Source: Wolbachia endosymbiont of Onchocerca ochengi (GTDB lineage: Bacteria; Pseudomonadota; Alphaproteobacteria; Rickettsiales; Anaplasmataceae). From it: 32,000 bases of DNA. The notes under the pieces were generated by a model. The model did no database searches and was not told where the DNA came from. It saw nothing but the letters and a program-made list of their open reading frames with translations. Position numbers and translations under genes: made by a program. Each line of letters starts with the position of its first letter. Positions within the stretch are counted from its first letter, which is position 1. The stretch lies in the NCBI RefSeq assembly GCF_000306885.1, contig NC_018267.1:90001-122000 (forward strand). Direction: 5' to 3'. This document shows positions 1-9,489 of this stretch, one piece after another.

Positions 1-562
1 GCTCACTTAAAAAATCAAAGTCAACAAAATCCATATTCTGGTCTTGATTAATGCAACTATAAACAAAACTCTCTTCTCCTGTTTCCAGGTTTATATGCCG
101 TTGCACACATTGAGCGCAAATTCCTTTCATCATACACTGCATAGGAGAATTAATTGACGATACTGCCACGTGGTCAGATTTCAGATATGGCTTTAAAACT
201 GTTTTCCTAGCTTCATTTACAGCTTTCATCATTTTATCAGAGCCGATAGTAATAATTTTATCTATAGCACCTAAATCAATCGTAGTATCACCTAATATTC
301 CCTGTTGATAAGAGATTATCGCATTAACTATATTACCATGAAAAGATTTGTCTTGACTTCTGCTTGTTTCTATCCACCCCTCTTCACATGCCCAAACCAC
401 CGTATTCGACGCATATTCTATCAGTGCTTGTTTAAATAGATCATTTAATTTTTTATAGCCAGCAAAGTACAGAACCTTATTATTATTTTTAAGGTATGCC
501 TTTCCTATTGGGAATAACACTGCATTTCCGACCCCACCACCGATTAGCATTATGTTTTTCAT
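1..562 (-). CDS. Oxidoreductase with NAD(P)-binding and Cys-cluster domains (PyrK/COG0543-like electron-transfer subunit). Only the 5' part is present; the 3' end lies beyond the window edge.
   Basis: My own translation of the minus strand from the ATG at the complement of 560-562 gives MKNIMLIGGGVGNAVLFPIGKAY...ITIGSDKMMKAVNE...SPMQCMMKGICAQCVQRH... The frame stays open to position 1, and it is absent from the ORF track because there is no stop in the window. It has a GGGxG dinucleotide-binding motif and a C-x(5)-C-x(2)-C block typical of PyrK/ferredoxin-reductase-like proteins. An alternative ATG lies at codon 5. Confidence 0.55.
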   Translation of the reverse strand, partial: MKNIMLIGGGVGNAVLFPIGKAYLKNNNKVLYFAGYKKLNDLFKQALIEYASNTVVWACEEGWIETSRSQDKSFHGNIVNAIISYQQGILGDTTIDLGAIDKIITIGSDKMMKAVNEARKTVLKPYLKSDHVAVSSINSPMQCMMKGICAQCVQRHINLETGEESFVYSCINQDQNMDFVDFDFLSE

Positions 563-592
563 GTTTTTCCTTCTATTTTCCTACATGTGATA

Positions 593-680
593 CGGAAAAG
601 GGGGGATTCGAACCCCCGGACATATCTTTATATGTGCACGCTTTCCAAGCGTGTGCTTTAAACCACTCAGCCACCTTTCC
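593..680 (-). tRNA. tRNA-Ser (anticodon GGA), type II with a long variable arm
   Basis: The reverse complement folds by hand into a cloverleaf. The acceptor stem is GGAAAGG/CTTTTCC (one G-U pair) with discriminator G. The D stem is GCT/AGC with an AGTGGTTTAA-type loop. The anticodon stem is CACGC/GCGTG with loop TTGGAAA (anticodon GGA). The long variable arm is ACATAT-AAAG-ATATGT. The T arm is GGGGG-TTCGAAT-CCCCC. No CCA is encoded. Confidence 0.93.
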
Positions 681-1529
681 ACATACTATATAATATTAAA
701 AGTAGTACCATTAAGCAAGTTCAGTTATAAAAACTAGGTATATAAGGTTCACAACAAAAATTTACAATATTGTTAAACTTACTTTCACGTATTGAAAACA
801 TTTTATCGCAATTTACGAGTATTAAATATTATTCATCTCTGGCAAAATCTGCTATGGATGTACGGTGAATAATGCAATTACTTTATCCTTATACCTTTCC
901 ATACAACTTCAAATTCTGTGTGTAGCACTGAATTAAAGAATTTAACCAACTTCAACAATAAGTCCCTCTGTTTAATACTACTTTGCCAGTTCCAAATACA
1001 AATTCATCTTTTTCTGGCCAAAATCCCTATTTATAACTTACAAGAAACACCTCAAACTTACAAAAAGTTGCACTTCTCTGATAAAATATCTTCTTCTTTC
1101 ATATTACCACTATTTAATATTCCCTTAGTTTCTAGGCTATCAGCCTTTAAATCTACATTCAGTATTATGCTACTAGTTATAAATCAACTTAAAGATTTAT
1201 AAAACATACTATTAATGCTCAAATTCTCATCATAATCAATGAATCTTATTATTTTTCTATTATAAGCATTGATCTTTCAGTAATAGCAATAGTAAACAAT
1301 TCCCTAGCTAAATGGGTTTTCAATGTAATTTGCATAGGTTCCTTCTATCTAATCATCTAATCGATTAAACTTGAAAAACGGACGGCAAATAAGATATTGC
1401 CATAGTAACAAAAAATTATAGAACACTACTTGCAAAAATAGTATATCAAATATTACATAGTTCAATAAGGACAAGATCCACGTGAAAATATACAGTATAA
1501 CACTGAATAACAATAAAAGTAAAAGAAAG

Positions 1530-3902
1530 TTAAATATCAATATCATGCACATTAAGTGCATTATTATTGATAAAATCACGGCGTGGTTCAACCATGTCAC
1601 CCATTAGCACTGAGAATATGTTATCTGCCTCTTCACAATTTTTTATTTCAACTTTTAGTAAAGTCCTAGTTTCCGGATTGAGCGTAGTTTCCCAAAGCTG
1701 ATCAGCATTCATCTCGCCAAGACCTTTAAATCTCTGCAGAGTTAAACCTTTTTTGCCGTAGTCCATCATCGTTTTTGCAAGTGCACTCGGAGATTTAACC
1801 TTTATTTCAGTTTCTTGTGATTTTAAAAATGAATCACCATTAAATAAGTCAATTATATCATCAAGATAACTGAGTATACTAAGTATTTCTTTACTTTCAA
1901 GTATGCTAAGTGGAAATACATACTTATCTGCTAATCCTTGAAATAATTTAGAGACATAAACTTCTTCACCTTTTACTTCTACTTCCCAAGTATATTTACT
2001 ATAGATCAACTTTAAGTATTTTAAAATCTCATTAGTAGATAATAAAGCATTTTTCTTACTTAAAATTAGTAGCGACTCTAACAGATTTTGTGGTATTTCT
2101 CTGTCATAATTTTTACTAATATTTGAAATACTAAGGCATTTATTCAAAACAAAGCGTAAATCCCTGTTTATACCATTTAATGTTAATTTTTTAACTGCTG
2201 AGTTTACTATATACTCTTCAAAGGTTTTATCATCTTTGATATAAGTATCTTTAGCATTTTTTGTAACTTTATAAAGAGGAGGCTGTGCTATATATAAATA
2301 TCCTCTTTCAATTATTTCACGCATATATCGAAAGAAAAATGTCAAGAGCAGAGTTCTAATATGTGAACCATCAACATCCGCATCTGTCATAATGATAATT
2401 TTATGGTACCTAATCTTCTTAATATCAAAATGCTCATTTCCTATTCCTGCACCAATTGCCGTAACTAAAGAACCAATTTCTGCAGATGAAAAAACACGAC
2501 CAAGTCCCACACGTTCTACATTTAAAATCTTTCCTTTTAAGGCAAGTACTGCTTGTGTTTTTCGGTTACGACCCTGCTTTGCAGAGCCACCTGCAGAATT
2601 ACCTTCTACTATAAATAACTCTGATAATTCAGGAACTTTTTCCTGACAATCAGCAAGCTTTCCAGGCAGAGTTACAATATCAATATTGCTTTTATTTTTA
2701 ACTAACTCTCGTGCTTTTCTTGCAGCTTCTCTTCCTTTGGCCGATCTGATAACTCTTTCTACTATACTTGTTGCTAATTTTGGATCAGTTTCAAGCATTG
2801 AACTTAATTTATCAAAAACTATGTTTTCTACAACTGTACGCGCTTCAGAACTAACCAATTTGTCTTTTGTTTGTGAAGAAAATTTAGGTTCAGGCATTTT
2901 GAGAGATAAAACACAAGTTAATCCCTCTCTAATATCTTCCCCAGTCAAATTTACTTTCGCTTTTTTTAAAAAACCCTCATTAATTGCATAATTATTAATA
3001 CACCTAGTTAATGCAGACCTAAACCCTGCCAAATGTGTACCACCACCCCGTTGTTTTATATTGTTTGTAAAGCACAGCATATTCTCGTAGTAGGAGTCAT
3101 TCCACTCCATCGAAACTTCTATACTGATACCAAGATCTTTTGCATCACCTCTTATACTAACAATCTTAGTAACATGTATCTTATTTTTATCTAAATATCG
3201 TATAAAATTTGCTGTGCCAAAATTACCTTCAGATTGCCTACTACCATTAAAGTAAGATTCCATACATGGTCTGCTGCGTAGGTCACGCAAAGTGATGTTG
3301 ATATTCGAATTTAAAAACGCTAGTTCTCTGATACGACCTTCAAGAGTGAAGTAGCTAAAATTAATGTTACTAAAAATTTCTATTGATGGCATAAATGTTA
3401 CTTTTGTTCCTCTTTTGTTTATGTTTTCATTCATCACCTTTAAGGGTTCAATGGACTTACCATTTTCAAAACGTATAAAATACTCTTTCTTGTTGCGCCA
3501 AATGGTTAATTCTAGCCAGCTTGATAATGCATTTACAACCGAAATCCCAACACCATGTAATCCGCCGGAAACTTTATAACTATTGTTATCAAACTTACCA
3601 CCTGCATGCAACTGGGTCATTATTACCTCCGCTGCTGACATTCCTTCTTCCTCATGAATACCAGTTGGAATGCCACGACCATTGTCAATCACAGATACTG
3701 AACCATCCTCATTTATGCTAATTTCAATTTCATTACAATACCCAGCTAAAGACTCGTCTATCGCATTGTCGACAACTTCATACACCATATGATGCAGACC
3801 AGATCCATCATCAGTGTCACCAATGTACATACCTGGACGCTTTCTTACAGCATCAAGACCTCTTAAGACTTTTATTGCATCAGCGTTGTAGTTATTTTCC
3901 AT
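1530..3902 (-). CDS. gyrB: DNA gyrase subunit B
   Basis: 790-aa ORF. The N-terminal GHKL ATPase region reads VRKRPGMYIGDT...HHMVYEVVDNAIDE. The Toprim region has EGNSAGGSAKQGR and IMTDADVDGSHI. The C-terminal tail ends GDMVEPRRDFI. It is full length relative to Gram-negative GyrB. Confidence 0.98.
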   Translation of the reverse strand: MENNYNADAIKVLRGLDAVRKRPGMYIGDTDDGSGLHHMVYEVVDNAIDESLAGYCNEIEISINEDGSVSVIDNGRGIPTGIHEEEGMSAAEVIMTQLHAGGKFDNNSYKVSGGLHGVGISVVNALSSWLELTIWRNKKEYFIRFENGKSIEPLKVMNENINKRGTKVTFMPSIEIFSNINFSYFTLEGRIRELAFLNSNINITLRDLRSRPCMESYFNGSRQSEGNFGTANFIRYLDKNKIHVTKIVSIRGDAKDLGISIEVSMEWNDSYYENMLCFTNNIKQRGGGTHLAGFRSALTRCINNYAINEGFLKKAKVNLTGEDIREGLTCVLSLKMPEPKFSSQTKDKLVSSEARTVVENIVFDKLSSMLETDPKLATSIVERVIRSAKGREAARKARELVKNKSNIDIVTLPGKLADCQEKVPELSELFIVEGNSAGGSAKQGRNRKTQAVLALKGKILNVERVGLGRVFSSAEIGSLVTAIGAGIGNEHFDIKKIRYHKIIIMTDADVDGSHIRTLLLTFFFRYMREIIERGYLYIAQPPLYKVTKNAKDTYIKDDKTFEEYIVNSAVKKLTLNGINRDLRFVLNKCLSISNISKNYDREIPQNLLESLLILSKKNALLSTNEILKYLKLIYSKYTWEVEVKGEEVYVSKLFQGLADKYVFPLSILESKEILSILSYLDDIIDLFNGDSFLKSQETEIKVKSPSALAKTMMDYGKKGLTLQRFKGLGEMNADQLWETTLNPETRTLLKVEIKNCEEADNIFSVLMGDMVEPRRDFINNNALNVHDIDI

Positions 3903-3933
3903 GGAATTGCTTTATTTATAAATATTAACTAAT

Positions 3934-3960
3934 ATTATATTTGCACGTACTAATTAGCAA
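3934..3960 (-). promoter_or_regulatory. Candidate sigma-70 promoter for gyrB (TTGCTA-N15-TATAAT)
   Basis: Read on the minus strand: TTGCTA (complement of 3955-3960), a 15-nt spacer, then a perfect TATAAT (complement of 3934-3939), about 30 nt upstream of the gyrB ATG. AT-rich DNA produces such matches easily, so this is sequence-only support. Confidence 0.3.
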
Positions 3961-5778
3961 CATTTTTAAACTGGAAGAAAAACTTTCAGCCGTAATACAT
4001 AAATAAAGCATACTAAATTACCTGTACAAAGAGATTTACATACCATCTTACAAATCTTTTCTTAATCTTCTTTTAAAAAGTTACCGAGGTTTTTCTTAGC
4101 CATTAAAAAAAATCTCGCACACCACTTCTTTACAATTCTACTGGTCTTCCGTTGATCTAACTTAATAATTACTGATGAACATAAGCCAAACAAAGATTAA
4201 AACAGTTTATCTGATGCTCTACCTGTATGACATCGACTTTAGTTACCATAAGTTGTGGATATACCTATTATATAAGAACTTTGACAAGCATATCCTCTTC
4301 ATTTTTTATATTTCCCATTCCTTAAAGGAACTGTTTAGTCTTCCATCCCTGTGCTTTCATTATTGCAAGGTTTCCAACATAAAATGAATGCTTTAGCGTT
4401 CTTCAAAATTACTCCCCCTATCCTATTGATAAACCCTCAAACACTTATGTGCTTGAGATTTTTAATCCTTTTTAAATTCATCAAGTGTCAGTCATATTTC
4501 TTCCAATTCACCTTACTGCGCATAAAATACCTCTTAACTTAGATGCCCTTTATATTATCTATGGGTTTATCAATACTTTAATTTATACTAAAACTATATT
4601 TAGATCGTGAATGGTTTGTACAATAAAAGAAAGAACATCTATTAAAATCTTGAACAGAAAGTGTATTTTTTCAATGAGCATCCAACCTTAGCAAGTTGTA
4701 AAAAGAATATAGACAGCGCTAAAAAATATATAAGAAATAATGATAAATAAGGTTAAAATAGCCTTTAATATTACCTTAATGATATTTCAGGCTAGAGGCT
4801 AATAATTTTATTTCATTTTTCTCTTGGCTTTTAAAAAAAGCTACTAAACTTTTCTAGGACAATCATCAACAGAAGGAAAAAGTACTGTACTATTACTATT
4901 TCTTTTTGTTACACCCGTTTTGAGTTCGTATATTAAATATTTGATAACCCTCTCCCTATTTTACTATCATTTTCTACCTGAGCATACTATCTAACAGACA
5001 AAAAATAGAATTTATCCAACATTATCTATACCTTCCAGTATTCTCTCTATTATTAATCAAAGTCCGTATTACACTTTTATTTCTGTACAAAACAGCAAAA
5101 AGAAAAGAAGTATATTACTCAATGCTTTTTTCTCTTTACATTAATTTTGTTGCATCACATTTAGCTAGCAATTCTATAAATTCTGGCATATTTTAAAAAT
5201 TATAAGGTGCACTGGTGTTAAATAATTTTTAACACTTTTTTTAAATTTTTGTATCAATACTTGCTCTGCTTTTTATCAACAACTCCACTATTCCTAATAG
5301 TCTACATTCGACAGTAATGCATAGCAGTGTACGAATTATGTTTGTAATCATCATTAACATTCATATCATACTTTGTTAAAGTTTTATAACTTCAACATTA
5401 TTCTTCTAAATTATCCATAAGAAGAACATATCAACCTTTACTATGTACATTAAGGTTTATTTTTAAAGCAGATAAATTCTTTTGACTAACTCCTCAATTA
5501 TTATCTTTAACTAACTTTGCTCATTTTTCCTTCTACGATATCAAAAAGCAAATTCAACTATCATAAGGACTCTCAAGTTCCTCTGAACTTGGCTTTATCT
5601 CTTGTGCCCTCTACTTTACGAGCAATACCCTTCTTTCCATTTTCTTTACTATACGAGATTGCAAACATATTAATCCCATATATTACCAAAACTTATTATT
5701 AAGTTTTCATTAATACTATACTAATAAAATTAAAGCTCTAATTAAATAAACCCGGCAAATATGGACTACCTTAATCAG

Positions 5779-6555
5779 CTACACAGTAGGCAAAAATTCT
5801 TTAATGGTCTGAAATAAAATTTCTAATGAATGATCGTCAGACATATCATGTTTTGCTGATTTCGTCAAATGCACTTCAACATCAAGTGATTTGATTTTTT
5901 TAGCTAAATTTAATGAAGTCTGATAAGGAACATCTTTATCATTAATACTATGCAACAAACGCACAGGAGAATTTATGTCTATTCTTTCTTTATTTAAAAG
6001 AAGGTTCTTCCTACCATCTTCTATTAAATTCTTAGTTATTTTATATGTACAACTCCCAGAAGTAAAATCTACTACATTTTTAGAATCTAATTCTTCTTTT
6101 TGCTTGTCTGATAACTGCTTGAATATTAAATCTTCAGTAAAATCAGGGGCAGATGATATACCAATTAACGCTGCAATCCTTTCTGGAAATTGAAGAACAG
6201 TGAGCAACATCATCCACCCTCCCATACTTGAGCCTATAATTATCTGTTTTCCACTGGTTAATTCATTAATAACTCTAGCACAATTTTTTTGCCAATCGCT
6301 TATTGTATAATCAATAAAATTTCCACTTGAAGAACCATGACCAAAATAATCAAACAGTACAAGCTCTACATTGTTTTCTTGACAAAATTTATAAATAGCA
6401 GTTGCTTTAGTTCCATTCATACTGGATGCAAAACCACTAAAAAAGGCTATAGAAGCTTTTCTCCCTTTCAACTTTCGATATGCTATATACTTACCATCTT
6501 CATCAAATAATTTACAGTAACCCATATTATTTTGGTAAATCAATCGGGTTATCAC
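5779..6555 (-). CDS. Alpha/beta-fold hydrolase (serine esterase/thioesterase family)
   Basis: 258-aa ORF with the nucleophile elbow GSSMGG, an upstream HG oxyanion-type motif (FGHGSS) and a C-terminal His (SAKHDMSD). The first ATG overlaps the upstream cytochrome c gene by 29 nt. The in-frame ATG at 6525 (MGYCKLF...) would abut it instead, so the start is uncertain. Confidence 0.75.
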   Translation of the reverse strand: MITRLIYQNNMGYCKLFDEDGKYIAYRKLKGRKASIAFFSGFASSMNGTKATAIYKFCQENNVELVLFDYFGHGSSSGNFIDYTISDWQKNCARVINELTSGKQIIIGSSMGGWMMLLTVLQFPERIAALIGISSAPDFTEDLIFKQLSDKQKEELDSKNVVDFTSGSCTYKITKNLIEDGRKNLLLNKERIDINSPVRLLHSINDKDVPYQTSLNLAKKIKSLDVEVHLTKSAKHDMSDDHSLEILFQTIKEFLPTV

Positions 6556-7054
6556 TTAATCCCCGTAAATAGCTGACCAAGTCAGCTATTTCTTGTGGGT
6601 TAGAAATACCTGCAAATGCCATGCGCGTACCTTTTATATAGGCTTTCGGATTCTTTAAAAAAACAAACAGCTCCTCATACCCCCACCTTCCACCCTTTTC
6701 GAACATTGCTTTTGAGTAATTAAATGAATCACCAAGGTGTGCTTTTTTATTTCCAACTACATTCCACAAGTTTGGCCCTACCTTATTAAGTCCACCTTTT
6801 TCAAAACTATGACAAGCTACACACTTCTTTGCAGCTAACTTACCCTTCTCGAAGCTAGCATTCTGCATGAGCGCTTGAATATCAAGCGCTACTTGTTCAA
6901 TCTTTTGCTGAGATTCACTGTCACCAGCAGCTACTATTGTTTGGTGTTCAATTTTATATTCTTCTGGACTGTAAAGCATATCAACTATATTACTGACTAT
7001 CATAATCATTAGCCCAGAAAAAAGAATCGATGCTGCAACTTTATTAAGCTCCAT
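6527..7054 (-). CDS. cycM: Membrane-anchored class I cytochrome c (CycM-like)
   Basis: 175-aa ORF with one N-terminal hydrophobic anchor (ILFSGLMIMIVSNIV). It has the heme-binding motif CVACH, the NKVGPNLWNVVG motif and the axial Met context GTRMAFAG. This layout is typical of alphaproteobacterial cytochrome c2/c552 homologs. Confidence 0.87.
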   Translation of the reverse strand: MELNKVAASILFSGLMIMIVSNIVDMLYSPEEYKIEHQTIVAAGDSESQQKIEQVALDIQALMQNASFEKGKLAAKKCVACHSFEKGGLNKVGPNLWNVVGNKKAHLGDSFNYSKAMFEKGGRWGYEELFVFLKNPKAYIKGTRMAFAGISNPQEIADLVSYLRGLSDNPIDLPK

Positions 7055-7073
7055 AGTTAATTTTCATCAACTG

Positions 7074-7091
7074 GTATTACTCAAGTAATAC
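7074..7091. promoter_or_regulatory. Perfect 8-bp inverted repeat (GTATTACT-CA-AGTAATAC) in the divergent cycM/recJ intergenic region
   Basis: Read directly from the sequence. Both arms are exact reverse complements, and the repeat lies 20 nt upstream of the cycM start codon. It could be an operator or a 5'-UTR hairpin, but chance occurrence in AT-rich DNA is not negligible. Confidence 0.2.
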
Positions 7092-7197
7092 AAATTTTTT
7101 TACAAAACAGCAAGCAATTAATTTTAAAATAAATTAATTCATCTTCATAGTAGAGCCAAATCAAAAATTCTGGTAAAGTAGTTTTATTTGCAAAAAT

Positions 7198-8937
7198 ATG
7201 CTATTTGATATCGAAAAGCGCAGCATAACAAACACACTATGGAAGTTGCAAAAAGCAGATCAAAGGGAAGTCTTAACCCTAATTCAGAAGTTTGAATTAC
7301 CAGAAATATTAGCGAGAACACTTGTTACTCGCGGTGTCAATGTAGAAAACGCAGTCAACTTCTTATACCCACTAATCAGATTGCTACTACCAGATCCATT
7401 TCACCTTCTTGATATGGACAAGGCTGTTTACCGTATAATACAGGCAATAAATGATAATGAAAGCGTGGCAATATTCGGTGACTACGATGTCGATGGCGCA
7501 ACATCATCAGCATTGATTAACAGGTATCTAAGGATGATTGGTATGCACTCTATAACTTACATTCCAGATCGTATTAATGAGGGCTACGGATTAAACTCAG
7601 ATGCTTTATTACAATTTAAAAAGAAAGGTATTAACTTATGCATTTCCGTTGATTGTGGCACGCTTGGATATCAACCAATAAAAGATGCAAGAAACTTTGG
7701 CCTTGATATTATAGTTGTTGACCATCACCTTAGTACAGAAAAATTACCAAGCGCTGTGGCAGTTGTTAATCCAAACCGTCTTGATGAGAGATCTCCTTAT
7801 AGTAACCTCGCAGCAGTGGGAGTATCATTTCTTCTGATTGTTGCTCTTAACAAGAGCTTACGTGAACAGGGGTTTTTTACTAACAGAAAAGAACCAAATT
7901 TATTTGATCTGCTAGATCTGGTTGCCCTTGGTACTGTTTGCGACGCTATGCAAATTACTGGCCTTAATAGAGCATTCGTCTCGCAAGGATTAAAAATTAT
8001 GTCGACAAGAAAAAACGTTGGCTTACGCGTTTTGTCTGATGCACTAGGAATTCTTGAAAAGCCAAGTGTTTCTCGGCTTAGTTTTAACATTGGGCCATGC
8101 ATAAATGCTGGAGGAAGAATTGGAGAAGCATCTCTCGGTACAAGGTTGCTCTCTACAGACAATGAAGAAGAAGCACATTCCATTGCATCAAAACTGATAA
8201 ATTTAAATAACGCGAGAAAGATAATGGAAAATAAGGCTTTTGCGGAAGCTATAACACAAGTGGAAAAATCTATCCATTTAGGTGAAAACTTTATAATAGC
8301 AAGTGGTAATTGGCATCAAGGAATAATTGGTATAATTGCATCGAAGCTAAAAGAGCAGTTTCACTTGCCGGCAATAGTGATATCTTTAAACAATGGAATA
8401 GGGAAAGCAAGCTGCAGGTCAATTCCTGAAGTCAATATCGGTGCTGCAATCCTTTCCGCAAAGTATATGAATTTAATTATTGAAGGCGGTGGTCACAGTA
8501 TGGCAGCAGGATTTTTAATTAAAGAAGATAAAATAAATGACTTACATCACTTTTTTACTAAGAAGTTTACAAACTCCACAAATAATAGAGCTTTAAAAGC
8601 CGATGGTATAGTGACTGTTAAAGCAATAAACTTATCTCTGTGGAATCAATTACAGCGTTTAGAACCATTTGGTATTGGTAATCCTGAACCAAGATTCATT
8701 ATTCAAGGAGCAAAGATCAGAAAACCTAAAGTTGTAGGAGTTGACCATATAAAATGTTTCATTGCTGATAATGATGCTATAGTCAGAGCTATCGCGTTTC
8801 GTTCTGTAAATACTCATCTTGGTTCTGCCATCACACAGGGCAATATTGAAGCTATTTTAGGTAAAATCTCCGTAAATTACTGGAATGGTAACGAATTTGT
8901 ACAGTTTTTAATAGAAGATGCATTAACCAGTAACTAA
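7198..8937 (+). CDS. recJ: Single-stranded-DNA-specific exonuclease RecJ
   Basis: 579-aa ORF with DHH-family motifs: FGDYDVDGATS, SVDCG, IVVDHH. The DHHA1 motif GGGHSMAAGF and a C-terminal OB-like region are also present. Confidence 0.95.
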   Translation: MLFDIEKRSITNTLWKLQKADQREVLTLIQKFELPEILARTLVTRGVNVENAVNFLYPLIRLLLPDPFHLLDMDKAVYRIIQAINDNESVAIFGDYDVDGATSSALINRYLRMIGMHSITYIPDRINEGYGLNSDALLQFKKKGINLCISVDCGTLGYQPIKDARNFGLDIIVVDHHLSTEKLPSAVAVVNPNRLDERSPYSNLAAVGVSFLLIVALNKSLREQGFFTNRKEPNLFDLLDLVALGTVCDAMQITGLNRAFVSQGLKIMSTRKNVGLRVLSDALGILEKPSVSRLSFNIGPCINAGGRIGEASLGTRLLSTDNEEEAHSIASKLINLNNARKIMENKAFAEAITQVEKSIHLGENFIIASGNWHQGIIGIIASKLKEQFHLPAIVISLNNGIGKASCRSIPEVNIGAAILSAKYMNLIIEGGGHSMAAGFLIKEDKINDLHHFFTKKFTNSTNNRALKADGIVTVKAINLSLWNQLQRLEPFGIGNPEPRFIIQGAKIRKPKVVGVDHIKCFIADNDAIVRAIAFRSVNTHLGSAITQGNIEAILGKISVNYWNGNEFVQFLIEDALTSN

Positions 8938-9489
8938 GTAATCCCATAAAACTAAATCCAAGTCTTCTGGCTTTAAGTAATTAAGTAGCTACTTATAATC
9001 AATTTTTAGTAACTAGCTAGCTTTTGTAAATAGAATTCCTACAATGCTCAACAGCACATCGTACATGTTATAAACTAAGAAACTACTTAGTAAATTTTGT
9101 CAACCCCTTCCCCTAAAACAGATCAATCTGTGCAAATTAAACGACAAGAGTATTACAATATTTAATTTTTGCGTTATGTTGCACTCTATACCTTTACAAT
9201 ATTTTTACAAGGCAGCCCCCCTTTTATCTATATTATTATATAATGTGAAAAACACACTTACAAAGTGTTTAAGGTAACACATAACTTTAATTTAAAGAAT
9301 TAAAGAATAAAACAAAACTATTTACTATAGTTTTTTTTGCCTTTTTTCTCTATTTAGTAAATCTTCTTAATATTTATGCTAAAGCAATTTAAATGCACGT
9401 AATGTACAAAAAAAATGCCATCACTTTTTCTCTGCTTAGTCTATAGGTTAAATTACACAAGACGCTATATTAAGCCTATCACAGACTTA

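Noticed and set aside
496-693. 65-aa plus-strand ORF
   Set aside because: It runs antisense across the oxidoreductase start and straight through the tRNA-Ser gene. Its sequence is the translated complement of the tRNA (GGFEPP from the T-arm), so it is not a gene.
918-1600. ORFs at 918-1202 (+, 94 aa) and 1349-1600 (-, 83 aa)
   Set aside because: Both have low-complexity Leu/Ile/Phe/Asn-rich translations typical of AT-rich non-coding DNA. The second overlaps the 3' end of gyrB. Neither has a motif or a ribosome-binding site.
2392-3721. Four plus-strand ORFs (2392-2646, 2686-2991, 3364-3579, 3521-3721)
   Set aside because: All lie entirely antisense within the well-supported gyrB CDS. They are shadow ORFs.
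4175-5702. ORFs at 4175-4387, 4351-4542 and 5517-5702 in the gyrB-hydrolase gap
   Set aside because: They are short, mutually overlapping and hydrophobic or low-complexity, with no recognisable motifs. I also hand-translated the minus strand here (for example ...FYVGNLAIMKAQGWKTKQF...) but could not match any family. I treat them as decayed DNA, not genes.
7797-8183. 128-aa minus-strand ORF
   Set aside because: It lies antisense inside recJ. It is a shadow ORF.
8983-9000. Palindrome TAAGTAGCTACTTA followed by a T-run downstream of recJ, considered as a rho-independent terminator
   Set aside because: The stem is only about 5 AT-rich bp with a 4-nt loop, which is thermodynamically weak. I saw comparable weak hairpins at 18940-18958 and 16736-16755, and those lack T-tracts.
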